Source: an uncultured Bacteroidaceae bacterium
GTDB taxonomy: Bacteria > Bacteroidota > Bacteroidia > Bacteroidales > GCA-2748055
Direction: 5' to 3'
Assembly: GCA_964432125.1 (NCBI GenBank)
Contig: CAYSMO010000001.1
Coordinates: forward strand, 1,126 to 65,125
Length of the DNA stretch: 64,000 nucleotides
Below are positions 47,364 through 56,795 of the stretch, piece after piece. The notes under the pieces were generated by a model, which had not been told where the DNA came from, did not search any database, and was given only the letters and a program-made list of their open reading frames with translations. Positions within the stretch are counted from its first letter, which is position 1, and every line of letters begins with the position of its first letter. A program made the position numbers and the translations under genes.

Positions 47364-48179
47364 ATGAATCACAGAAAGTTACTGAAGGATAAGCAGCGGA
47401 TTATCGTAAAGGTAGGAACGGCGCTGATTACTCATGAAGACGGAAAGATCAACCTGTTAAATCTTGAGAAACTGGCAAGGGTAATCGCTGGTTTATGCAA
47501 TGAAGGCAGGGAGATAATACTTGTCACCTCCGGTGCAGTAGGTACCGGGATGGGTATTATGGATTTCAACAACAAGCCGGAAAATGTTGCAGAAAGGCAG
47601 GCTCTGGCTTCAATCGGTCAGGCAGCACTTCTCCGTATGTATGAAACTTTCTTCAAGGAGTACAACCAGACCATAGGACAGGTATTGCTTACCAGAGATG
47701 GTATTGAGGATCCGGTGAGAAGAAGAAATGCTAAAAATACCATTGAAAAACTTCTGGAAATGGGGGTAACTCCCATAATTAATGAAAACGACACGGTATC
47801 TACGGTAGAAATTGAGTTTGGCGATAATGATATGTTGTCTGCCCTCGTCGCTGAATTAATCAATGCCGACCTGTTGATTATGTTAACAACTACCGATGGG
47901 GTTTTCACCGATAATCCAAAGCTGAACAGCAATGCGAAACAGGTCCCGACTGTAATGAAGGCCGGAGAGGATTTAAAAGGGATAGTTACCAATGGATCCA
48001 CCGGGCTTGGTCGGGGAGGAATGGAATCAAAAATCAAGGCCGCGGAACTATGCAGGCAGAAAAATATTGATGTAGTAATTGCAGATGGTACCGAGGCACA
48101 CGTTATCTATGATATCCTGGAAGGAGGAAAATACGGAACACTATTTGTCAGCCGGTCCACCGATTTAAAATCATCTTGA
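47364..48179 (+). CDS. proB: Glutamate 5-kinase (short form without a PUA domain)
   Basis: RIIVKVGTALIT, LVTSGAVG, and ENDTVSTVEIEFGDNDMLSA. At 271 aa it ends right after the kinase domain. Confidence 0.92.
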   Translation: MNHRKLLKDKQRIIVKVGTALITHEDGKINLLNLEKLARVIAGLCNEGREIILVTSGAVGTGMGIMDFNNKPENVAERQALASIGQAALLRMYETFFKEYNQTIGQVLLTRDGIEDPVRRRNAKNTIEKLLEMGVTPIINENDTVSTVEIEFGDNDMLSALVAELINADLLIMLTTTDGVFTDNPKLNSNAKQVPTVMKAGEDLKGIVTNGSTGLGRGGMESKIKAAELCRQKNIDVVIADGTEAHVIYDILEGGKYGTLFVSRSTDLKSS

Positions 48180-48192
48180 TAAAAATCAATTT

Positions 48193-49440
48193 ATGAAAGA
48201 AATAATTGAAATAGGAAAAAGGGCCAAAGAGGCATCATACCAATTGGCTCATTTGGATACAAGCGCAAAAGATAACATTTTAAAAGAGGTTGCATCGAAA
48301 CTCATCGGGTCTTCCGCTACTATTCTGGAAGGGAACAAAAAGGATCTGATAAGTGCTGAGGAGATGGGCTTGAAAGGGGCAATAGTGGACCGGCTTACTC
48401 TTGATGATGAGCGAATAAAGGGGATTGCCGAAGGGTTGTTGCAGATTGCGGGAATTGAAGATCCTGTAGGAGAGATTCTTGAGATGAAAAAGCGCCCGAA
48501 CGGACTCATGATTGGAAAGCAGCGTGTTCCACTCGGTGTAGTGGGTGTGATTTATGAATCGCGTCCGAATGTGACGGCCGATGTAGGCGGACTATGCATA
48601 AAAACAGGGAACGTTTGTGTGCTTCGAGGTGGAAAGGAGGCATTCAACTCGAACCTTGCCATTGTAAATATTTTTAGGGAGGTGATTAGTGAACTTGGCT
48701 TTAATCCTGATATGATACAGCTGGTTACCAATACCACCCGTGAAAGTGCCAATGCCCTGATGAAACTAAATGATTACCTGGATATTCTCATTCCCAGGGG
48801 AGGGGCCGGGCTGATACAGGCAGTTGTGCAAAACAGTACAGTTCCTGTTATTGAAACCGGTGTCGGTAATTGTCATGTATATGTCGATGCATCGGCCGAT
48901 CTGGAGATGGCTAAAAACATCGTTGTAAATTCCAAGACACACCGTCCGGGCGTGTGCAATGCGGCTGAAAGTCTTCTGATTCATGCAGACATTGCAGAGA
49001 AGGCGATACCTGTTATCGGAAAGGCACTGGTGGAAGCCGGTGTTGAAGTGCGCGGGGATAAACAGGTTTGTGATTTGCTGAAGGATGCCGTACCGGCAAC
49101 TGAGGAAGACTGGGCAACGGAATACCTTGATTATATCATCAGTGCCAAAGTGGTTGGATCACATGAGGAGGCCATTACCCATATCCATACATATGGTTCC
49201 TCCCATTCTGAATCGATTGTCACGTCTGATTATGGAAATGCCCAATTTTTCCTGGATAGGGTAGATGCAGCCGCTGTATATGTGAATGCTTCAACCCGGT
49301 TTACTGATGGGTTTGAATTCGGTTACGGAGCAGAGATCGGTATCAGCACCCAGAAACTGCATGCTCGTGGCCCCATGGGTTTAAAGGAGCTCACTACGAC
49401 AAAGTATATCATCTACGGGGACGGACAGATCAGGCAATGA
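48193..49440 (+). CDS. proA: Glutamate-5-semialdehyde dehydrogenase (gamma-glutamyl phosphate reductase)
   Basis: VIYESRPNVT, the catalytic Cys context PGVCNAAESLLIH, and GYGAEIGISTQKLHARGPMGL. Confidence 0.95.
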   Translation: MKEIIEIGKRAKEASYQLAHLDTSAKDNILKEVASKLIGSSATILEGNKKDLISAEEMGLKGAIVDRLTLDDERIKGIAEGLLQIAGIEDPVGEILEMKKRPNGLMIGKQRVPLGVVGVIYESRPNVTADVGGLCIKTGNVCVLRGGKEAFNSNLAIVNIFREVISELGFNPDMIQLVTNTTRESANALMKLNDYLDILIPRGGAGLIQAVVQNSTVPVIETGVGNCHVYVDASADLEMAKNIVVNSKTHRPGVCNAAESLLIHADIAEKAIPVIGKALVEAGVEVRGDKQVCDLLKDAVPATEEDWATEYLDYIISAKVVGSHEEAITHIHTYGSSHSESIVTSDYGNAQFFLDRVDAAAVYVNASTRFTDGFEFGYGAEIGISTQKLHARGPMGLKELTTTKYIIYGDGQIRQ

Positions 49441-49511
49441 TGCCGGAAGAAGGAAGCTATTCAGGTGTTGGTGTCCAAACAGCAGGAATGGATATCCTGA
49501 ATCAATGAGCC

Positions 49512-50591
49512 CTACTCCCTATGCTTTTCAATCATTTCGATAAACTCATCGAACAGGTGGGCTGTATCTGTTGGTCCACCCGATGCTTCAGGATGGAATT
49601 GCGTGGAGAAGAAGGGCTTTGTTTTGTGTTTCATTCCTTCATTGGTCTGGTCATTCAGGTTAATGAACAGGGGTTCCCATTCATTCGACAGCGAGTCATT
49701 ATCGATAGCAAAACCGTGGTTTTGTGAAGTGATATAGGCCTTATCGGACCCTACCTGTAAAACCGGCTGGTTGTGACTTCTGTGACCGTATTTCAGTTTG
49801 TATGTGTCAGCGTTGGCTGCCAGGGCCATCAGTTGGTTTCCCAGGCAGATACCAAAAATCGGCTTCTCTTTTTCGTAAGCTTTCGTAAGCTGTTCAATGG
49901 TGGCTGTACATTGCTTGGGATCACCTGGACCATTGGAAATAAAGAGGCCGTCATACTCCTCCTCGGTAATATCGTGGTTATAAGGAACCCTGATCACCGT
50001 GGTATCCCTTTCCAGCAAATAACGGATAATATTAAATTTGACTCCACAGTCAATGAGAAGAATTTTATATTTTCCTGATCCATAGACTTCCTTTTTTTGT
50101 ATGGATACCTGCTCCACCAGGTTGACGAGATTGGGATCATACCATTCAGGCTCGTTGTCATCGAAGATGATCTTTCCAAGCATTGAACCTTTCTCTCTTA
50201 GAAGCTTCGTAAGCATCCGTGTATCAATGCCGAATATTCCTGGAATTTTATTGTCAACAAGCCACTCCCCCAGGCTCTTTTCAGCATTCCAGTGGGAATA
50301 CTCGTCAGAATAGTCGCTGATGATCAGGGCGGATATATGAAGCGCATGGGATTCGAAAAAGCGGAACATATTGTTCTCTTCCGTTTCATGAGGGACCCCG
50401 TAATTGCCAACAATGGGATAGGTGAGAACAAGAATCTGTCCTCGATAGGAGGGATCGGTCAGACTCTCAGGATATCCGGTCATTGCCGTGTTAAAAACCA
50501 CTTCACCGGCAGTGCTTCCCTCGTATCCGAAAGAGTAGCCCTCAAATGTATTGCCGTCTTCCAGCTTTAGTCTGATCTTCTTGTATTCCAT
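49512..50591 (-). CDS. carA: Carbamoyl-phosphate synthase small (glutaminase) subunit
   Basis: GEVVFNTAMTGYPE, the catalytic GICLGNQL, and FSTQFHPEA. Confidence 0.95.
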   Translation of the reverse strand: MEYKKIRLKLEDGNTFEGYSFGYEGSTAGEVVFNTAMTGYPESLTDPSYRGQILVLTYPIVGNYGVPHETEENNMFRFFESHALHISALIISDYSDEYSHWNAEKSLGEWLVDNKIPGIFGIDTRMLTKLLREKGSMLGKIIFDDNEPEWYDPNLVNLVEQVSIQKKEVYGSGKYKILLIDCGVKFNIIRYLLERDTTVIRVPYNHDITEEEYDGLFISNGPGDPKQCTATIEQLTKAYEKEKPIFGICLGNQLMALAANADTYKLKYGHRSHNQPVLQVGSDKAYITSQNHGFAIDNDSLSNEWEPLFINLNDQTNEGMKHKTKPFFSTQFHPEASGGPTDTAHLFDEFIEMIEKHRE

Positions 50592-50612
50592 AAAATAAAT
50601 TGTAATTTATAA

Positions 50613-52079
50613 TCAATCATTTAGTAACCTGCTCAGTATGTCGTCGACCTGCTCTGTAGATAGGTTTTTGGCAACGATTTTCTTATCCTTGTCAAGCAAA
50701 AACAGTTGTGGAAAGCTTTGTAGGTTATACAACTTCCTGAATTCATTGTCGTATGGGCTCCAGCAGTTGATCCAGTCGAGGGTCCCATATTCATTTACAA
50801 AATCGACCCATTTGATCTTCCCTTCCACGGAATTGATTACATGCACAGCCAGTGCCTGAACATCCTGGTCTTTGTATTTCTCAAAGACCTTGTGCAGAGC
50901 CGGGGTTGATTTCTTGCAGTGCCCGCAATCGGCTTCCCAGAAATAGAGCAAGGTATATTCAGCCGGAATTTGTGAAAGCATAAAGCTATAGCCTATATGG
51001 GGATCGCTTTTTATGGCCGTGTCCATTTCAGCAAGAAGAAAATGGTTGCGTGGAATACCTTTTAATTCAAAATCAGGAGCTATGTTGCCAATAAAGGTGT
51101 GTTTGCTTTTTTCCAGGTTTTCACTAAGTTTCTCAACAAACTCCTCATTGCTCCAGGTGGCCTCCGGTATGTAATATTTTTCAGCAATGTGAAAGTAAAC
51201 CTTATCCATTCCCATGATTTTACTTTCCGCGAAATTATTAAACAGGGTAATAAGCATGTAGCGAAAGATATCATCATTCGACCTGGCCTTTTTCATCAAA
51301 TTGTCGACAGCCACAATCAGGGAATCGGGATGTCGCGGCACCACATTATTGATATAGGTTTTTACCTTTGGTTCGTAAAGAGGAGTATGTAACAGCCGGA
51401 TATCTGACAGATCAAAATCATCAAAATAGTGGTCTTTGTAATACACATATCGAATGGAATCCTGTTCTCTTTTTGTTCCCTGGAGAATCTCTTCAGGTAC
51501 ACGCACCTCTTTCGTGGCCCGAAGAAATGTTGAAAAGAAGGAATGGCTGTTTTCAGATATCATCCTGTCGATGTAATCGGCCATCTCTTCGTTAAGAGTC
51601 TCCATTTTTTTTCTGATCCTGCTCGAATCGGAACTGGTTTCAGCTGCACTCATTGCTTCGCTATAGGACTTCTGAATTTCCCGCTGTTTTGTCAGATAGT
51701 GCTTATATGCATAGAAAAGCTCATTTTCATCAGAACCTTCAAAAGCTGTTTTCCCTGCAAGATCTGAACTGTCGGCTGTTACACTGAATTTTTGGTCCTT
51801 ATCAAGCAGAAAGTCGAAATAGTAGCCGGGACTGAAAAACATGATATATAATCCACCCTCGAAAGCGGTCTCCCCGGAGAAGACAGCTTCTCCCATGATG
51901 CTGATCCGGGCTGTATCTTTCGGAACCATTCTGCTGGTAAAGTATTCAGCAAGAATTACCTCTTGTCCGGCAAAATCAGGCGCATTAAGCCTGATTTCAT
52001 ACCCCTGACCGGATAATAAAACTGAAGAAAAGAGTAGAGAGAACAGAAAAAGATGAAATCTAAATTGCATATGTACCAT
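50613..52079 (-). CDS. Secreted thioredoxin-fold thiol:disulfide oxidoreductase (TlpA/AhpC-TSA-like) with a long N-terminal domain
   Basis: A signal peptide and a C-terminal Trx fold with the CxxC motif (FWEADCGHCKK). The start may be Met4 (52070). Confidence 0.65.
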   Translation of the reverse strand: MVHMQFRFHLFLFSLLFSSVLLSGQGYEIRLNAPDFAGQEVILAEYFTSRMVPKDTARISIMGEAVFSGETAFEGGLYIMFFSPGYYFDFLLDKDQKFSVTADSSDLAGKTAFEGSDENELFYAYKHYLTKQREIQKSYSEAMSAAETSSDSSRIRKKMETLNEEMADYIDRMISENSHSFFSTFLRATKEVRVPEEILQGTKREQDSIRYVYYKDHYFDDFDLSDIRLLHTPLYEPKVKTYINNVVPRHPDSLIVAVDNLMKKARSNDDIFRYMLITLFNNFAESKIMGMDKVYFHIAEKYYIPEATWSNEEFVEKLSENLEKSKHTFIGNIAPDFELKGIPRNHFLLAEMDTAIKSDPHIGYSFMLSQIPAEYTLLYFWEADCGHCKKSTPALHKVFEKYKDQDVQALAVHVINSVEGKIKWVDFVNEYGTLDWINCWSPYDNEFRKLYNLQSFPQLFLLDKDKKIVAKNLSTEQVDDILSRLLND

Positions 52080-52284
52080 CAGAATTCAATTTGGGATACA
52101 AATTTAATCATAATATGGAATTTCCCTGCTTATTATGAAATTCTATTGTAGAACAGCAAGGGGTGTGCCAAAGTTCATCTTAATTTATTATCAATATTTT
52201 CCCTCTTTACTTGGTACCACGCGAAAATGAGATTACCTTAGATTCGCGTTCACCCGGTTCATATTTGTATTTAAATTTATTGTT

Positions 52285-53259
52285 ATGTATACATTAGCCG
52301 AAGCCCAGAGGCTCATAGAGCGGCATCTGGAAAACCTAAGGTTCCCTGAACAGCCCTCGGAGCTGTATGATCCTGTAAGGTATATTCTCTCTATTGGAGG
52401 AAAAAGGATTCGTCCCGCATTGACGCTGCTGGCGTGTGATATGTTCGCCGGATCGGTTGATTCAGCATTGAATCCGGCCATCGCCATTGAGATCTTTCAC
52501 AATTTTACATTGCTGCACGACGACATCATGGACCGTTCAGAGTTACGTCGCGGAAATGAAACCGTGCATATCAAATGGAACGAGAATGTGGCTATTTTAT
52601 CAGGTGATGTGATGTCGATCCTCGCAAGCAGTTATATGAACGGGGCACCCGGAGCGGTACTCCGCAATGTGAATAATATTTTCCACAGCACAGCGATGCA
52701 GGTATGTGAAGGACAGCAGATGGATATGAATTTTGAGAATGAACTGGTGGTAGAGGAGAAAGAGTATCTCAGGATGATTGAGCTGAAAACGGCCGTACTT
52801 ATAGCTGCAAGCCTGAAGATCGGAGCGATGCTCGGTGGTGCAGCTGAAAAAGATGCTGAACAATTGTATGATTTCGGGAGGAACCTGGGAGTGGCCTTTC
52901 AGTTGCAGGATGATTTATTGGATGCCTATGGAGATCCCGAGGCCTTTGGAAAAAAGCAGGGAATGGATATTGTTGATAACAAGAAGACCATTTTGATGAT
53001 AACGGCGCTCAAAGATGCAGATGAAGAACAAAAAGACTCATTAATCAAATGGTTGAATATGAACGATTTTGATCCGGAGGAAAAGGTGAAGGAGGTCCTT
53101 GGTATTTTTGATTCCCTGGGTGTGAAAACGACGGTCGAACAGATTATTCTGCACTACTATAAGACTGCTGTTGAAAGTCTGGACAAACTGAATGCACCGA
53201 AGGAGCGGAAATCCGAACTGTATGCTTTTGCCAGGTACCTGATGGAGCGGGAAAGGTAA
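52285..53259 (+). CDS. Polyprenyl diphosphate synthase (trans-isoprenyl diphosphate synthase family)
   Basis: First and second Asp-rich motifs, LLHDDIMD and FQLQDDLLD. The product chain length is not assignable. Confidence 0.88.
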   Translation: MYTLAEAQRLIERHLENLRFPEQPSELYDPVRYILSIGGKRIRPALTLLACDMFAGSVDSALNPAIAIEIFHNFTLLHDDIMDRSELRRGNETVHIKWNENVAILSGDVMSILASSYMNGAPGAVLRNVNNIFHSTAMQVCEGQQMDMNFENELVVEEKEYLRMIELKTAVLIAASLKIGAMLGGAAEKDAEQLYDFGRNLGVAFQLQDDLLDAYGDPEAFGKKQGMDIVDNKKTILMITALKDADEEQKDSLIKWLNMNDFDPEEKVKEVLGIFDSLGVKTTVEQIILHYYKTAVESLDKLNAPKERKSELYAFARYLMERER

Positions 53260-53267
53260 CCCCTTTT

Positions 53268-56200
53268 TTAAAAGCCCAATTCCAACAATTTGTCCTGTTC
53301 CCCGTAACTGGTAAGCAATATTCTTAACTCCTCCATTTGGGACATAGTTTCATAACGCTCCTGCTCAATCACTTTTCTGTATTTTGGTTCCAGGGAGTTA
53401 AAATAGCTTAGCTTCTGGTTCAGAATATCAAAGTATTCATTGAGTAAGTTATTGGCTTTTCCTGTTTCTCCGCACATAAAATAGGCCTCAATTATTCCTT
53501 CATGGTGTATCATATCGTCCTCTCCACGAGGAAAGGTAAGTCCTCCAATATATTGATCATACGGTAAAACTGAATGAGGAGCCAGCTCCATACAGTGGTC
53601 GAGAACTTCCACCGCTCTTTCTTTGTCTCCCTTTTCCAGAAGTTTGAGGGCGAGACGTGTATGAAGATTCCTGAAACGGATTACTGAAAGTGTCCTTACA
53701 GAATAATAATCGAGTGTCACATCCTCTTCATTCATCCTTCCCCAGCTGAACTTGTTCATCACTTTATCGTACATTTTATCGGGATCAATGCGGCCCATGA
53801 CCAGTACGCTCTCCTGGGGTGTCATGATCGGTACCACCTTGTAGGCAAGTCCATCCAGCTGATAATAAGGTTCAAGTCCGAGACTGCCGCTAAAGGAGCC
53901 AGCAGTAAAATAGATGGGACGTTCCCAATTGTTGTTGGCGAATATGTCCAGCTGTGCCATATTCCCCTTCAGGATCTGATCGTTGGGTGTTAACTGAAAA
54001 CGAACATCATCAACTATTTTGTTTGCGTCGTAGGGTTCAATGATGCCTTGTTCGATCACGGTAGCAGAATCCACTTCAATGACTATATTGGGAGTGGGAA
54101 CATAATCCACTTTTTCTCCATTGCGCAGACTTAATTTTGTACGAGGGTCGTTGCTTTTAATAAAGTTTGAGATATACTTTACAGTCGCCCAACGGTCATT
54201 TTCCCTGACAAGGATTGAGTTATTTGTCCCCTCTTTATATTTGGCATAAGGAAGGGAGATGGGGAGTGGTTCTGAATCATACACCTTCATCTTTTTCTCG
54301 TCGATGTACCAGTCTGTATTGAACAGCATCATGTTTACCACACGCACATCGGTTCTTACGCCTTCAACCTCCTGCATATACCAGAGAGGGAAGGTATCAT
54401 TGTCGCCAACGGTATACAAAATTGCATCTTCATCACACGATTCCAGATAGTTTCTTGCAATGTCCCTGGCCAGGTACCTGCCGGAACGGTCATGGTCGTC
54501 CCAGTTCTGCGCAGCCATAAGCATCGGGACCCCCAGAAATGAGATGATACAACTGAAAACGGCAGCCATTTTCATGCTTGTCCATCTGTTAATGAATGTT
54601 GCAAGTCCCGCCACACCCATTCCTATCCAGATGGAAAAGGCGTAAAAGGAGCCCGTGTAGGCATAGTCCCTTTCACGGGGTTGGTATGGGGTCTGATTCA
54701 GATAAACAACGATAGCAATTCCTGTCAGAACAAATAGAAATAATACAACCCAAAAGTCCTTCAGGTGATGTTTATAATGGAACAACAACCCGATTATTCC
54801 CAGGATCAGAGGCAGGAAGTAGTAGGTATTCCTCGCGGGATGGTTGAGCATATCGACGGTCAGCATTTTTTGGTTTCCGAGCCAGAGACTGTCAATGCCT
54901 CTGATACCGCTTACGGCCCTGCCGTTGAGGATTCCGCCGTGTCCCTGATGGTCGTTTTGCTTTCCGACAAAGTTCCACATGAAATAGCGGAGATACATAT
55001 GTCCTACCTGGTAACGGAAAAGGAATTCAATATTATCCAGGTAGGTCGGGTTATTGGGGTCCTTGATTGTTCCGTATTGTATATAGGCCTGTTTGTGTTG
55101 GGAATCCCGGCTAAACATCCTGGGGAATAGCATTTTACCCTCTTTATACTTTATTTCAGGTTTTTTACTGGCTACCTCATACCGGTTGGTATCCTTATCC
55201 AGGGCATATATTGCCTTGTTGTATTCGATTGATTCCACTTCTGAATGATACTGGTTCCCAAAAACAAGGGGTCTGTCACCATATTGTTCCCGGTTCAGGT
55301 AAGAAAGAAGGGCAAAAGCGTTATCGGGCCTGTTTTCATTGATGGGAGGCTGGGCTGTGGACCTTATGATAATCATGGCATAGGAGGAGTATCCAATAAT
55401 AATTACAGTGAGACTCACCAGGATGGTATTAAGGAGCAGGTTCTTCTTTTTGTATTGGGTCCTGTAAATGCCGTAAGCAAGCGCAAAAAACAGAAGGACA
55501 AAATAGATGATCATGCCTGTATTATAACGCAATCCGACGGTATTGGTAAAAAACAACTCAAACCAGGTCGCAATTTTAAAAAGGCCGGGAATAACAATAT
55601 ACATGATCGATCCAAGGATTACGACAGAAGCAAGAATGGCCATGATGATGCCTTTTCTGGTTACAGTGTATTTTTTAAAATAATAGACCAGCACGATTGC
55701 AGGAATGGCCAACAGGTTCAAAAGATGTACGCCAATGGAAAGCCCGATCAAATAAGCAATCAATATTAGCCAGCGGTTTGCATATTTTTCATGCGCAATG
55801 TTTTCCCACTTCAAAATGGCCCAGAAGACTACAGCGGTAAAAAGCGAAGAGGTGGCATAAACTTCCGCTTCGACGGCTGAAAACCAGAAGCTATCGGAAA
55901 AAGTAAACGCAAGTGCCCCTACCATGGCGCTGCCCATGACGAGGATATAGTTGGTGGTGTTGTGATCCTCATCTTTTTTAATGAAGATCTTTTTCAGAAG
56001 ATGAGAAATGGTCCAAAACAAAAAGAGGATGGTGAACGCACTGGCTGCAGCAGATAATGTATTGTATGCTGCAGCAACATTGGCTGTATCGGAGGTAAAA
56101 AGGGAAAACACCCTGCCCAGAATCATATATAGGGGTGCTCCGGGAGGATGGCCCACTTGTAGTTTGTAGGATGTGGCAATAAATTCTCCACAGTCCCACA

Positions 56201-56297
56201 GGCTTACAGATGGCTCGATCGTAAGCATATACACGGTCAGGGCAATAAGGAAAGCCAGCCAGCCTGATACCAGGTTATATTTTCTGAAATCGTTCAT
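53268..56297 (-). CDS. DUF2723-type large polytopic membrane protein (GT-C-like glycosyltransferase fold) with a C-terminal TPR-like domain
   Basis: 1009 aa. The N-terminal two thirds contain more than 10 TM helices and the block WDCGEFIATSYKLQVGHPPGAPLY that I associate with DUF2723. The C-terminal third is soluble. Confidence 0.6.
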   Translation of the reverse strand: MNDFRKYNLVSGWLAFLIALTVYMLTIEPSVSLWDCGEFIATSYKLQVGHPPGAPLYMILGRVFSLFTSDTANVAAAYNTLSAAASAFTILFLFWTISHLLKKIFIKKDEDHNTTNYILVMGSAMVGALAFTFSDSFWFSAVEAEVYATSSLFTAVVFWAILKWENIAHEKYANRWLILIAYLIGLSIGVHLLNLLAIPAIVLVYYFKKYTVTRKGIIMAILASVVILGSIMYIVIPGLFKIATWFELFFTNTVGLRYNTGMIIYFVLLFFALAYGIYRTQYKKKNLLLNTILVSLTVIIIGYSSYAMIIIRSTAQPPINENRPDNAFALLSYLNREQYGDRPLVFGNQYHSEVESIEYNKAIYALDKDTNRYEVASKKPEIKYKEGKMLFPRMFSRDSQHKQAYIQYGTIKDPNNPTYLDNIEFLFRYQVGHMYLRYFMWNFVGKQNDHQGHGGILNGRAVSGIRGIDSLWLGNQKMLTVDMLNHPARNTYYFLPLILGIIGLLFHYKHHLKDFWVVLFLFVLTGIAIVVYLNQTPYQPRERDYAYTGSFYAFSIWIGMGVAGLATFINRWTSMKMAAVFSCIISFLGVPMLMAAQNWDDHDRSGRYLARDIARNYLESCDEDAILYTVGDNDTFPLWYMQEVEGVRTDVRVVNMMLFNTDWYIDEKKMKVYDSEPLPISLPYAKYKEGTNNSILVRENDRWATVKYISNFIKSNDPRTKLSLRNGEKVDYVPTPNIVIEVDSATVIEQGIIEPYDANKIVDDVRFQLTPNDQILKGNMAQLDIFANNNWERPIYFTAGSFSGSLGLEPYYQLDGLAYKVVPIMTPQESVLVMGRIDPDKMYDKVMNKFSWGRMNEEDVTLDYYSVRTLSVIRFRNLHTRLALKLLEKGDKERAVEVLDHCMELAPHSVLPYDQYIGGLTFPRGEDDMIHHEGIIEAYFMCGETGKANNLLNEYFDILNQKLSYFNSLEPKYRKVIEQERYETMSQMEELRILLTSYGEQDKLLELGF

Positions 56298-56335
56298 AAT
56301 TCTTGGCTAATAGTATATGTAAAGGCACGAATTTA

Positions 56336-56375
56336 AGGATTTTTCACTTGCCTGAGCTCGCAAGTTCGGTTCTTT
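56336..56375. repeat. Copy D of the dispersed intergenic sequence block
   Basis: GGATTTTTCACTTGCCTGAGCTCGCAAGTTCGGTTCTTTC. About 30 of 41 aligned positions are identical to 42787-42827, including a 19/21 core GAGCTCGCA(A/G)G(T/A)TCGGTTCTT. It contains the hairpin ACTTGC-N8-GCAAGT. Confidence 0.45.
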
Positions 56376-56409
56376 CTGACTATTTTTTGAAAGATTCAAG
56401 CAGGAAAGC

Positions 56410-56417
56410 TATATTTG
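56410..56417 (+). promoter_or_regulatory. Bacteroidota-type -7 promoter box (TAnnTTTG)
   Basis: TATATTTG lies 25 nt upstream of the ATG at 56442. Confidence 0.4.
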
Positions 56418-56441
56418 CATCTCCACTAACTGAAAAATGTT

Positions 56442-56795
56442 ATGGTTGCAAAAAAAAATTCATCTGCCGAAGAGGTAATCTATTCTACCTATCCTGAATT
56501 TGAATATGAATACGCCAATGTCCGCGAGCCGGAGACATTGAAGCCGGGCGATCAGCAACTGGTTATCGCCTTGTCGAAACGGAAAATGGACGGAGCTCCC
56601 ATTACTGTGATTACGGGTTTTGTGGGCAAGCGCATCGATCTGATAGAAATTGGACAGGAGCTCTCAGACGTTTGCAGAACCTGCGTTTCTACCCGGATGT
56701 ATGAAATAATTTTGGCCAGGGATGTACGAAAAAGGGCATATATTTATCTGCGCAATAGGGGATATGGAGTGCAATTCGTCATCGCAAAGGATTAG
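56442..56795 (+). CDS. SUI1/YciH-like translation initiation factor homolog with a divergent core
   Basis: The N-terminal half is typical (VIYSTYPEFEYEY ... ITVITGFVG). The usually Gly-rich C(G)xGG(S/T)xKDG...IQGD segment reads CRTCVSTRMYEIILARD. Confidence 0.6.
   Translation: MVAKKNSSAEEVIYSTYPEFEYEYANVREPETLKPGDQQLVIALSKRKMDGAPITVITGFVGKRIDLIEIGQELSDVCRTCVSTRMYEIILARDVRKRAYIYLRNRGYGVQFVIAKD

Noticed and set aside
49871-49890. Perfect 10-nt tandem duplication (tttcgtaagc x2) inside carA, which could signal a frameshift or slippage site.
   Set aside because: The reading frame is intact across it (..EQLTKAYEKEKPIFGICLGNQL..), and the flanking CarA sequence aligns normally by eye. It is most likely coincidental.
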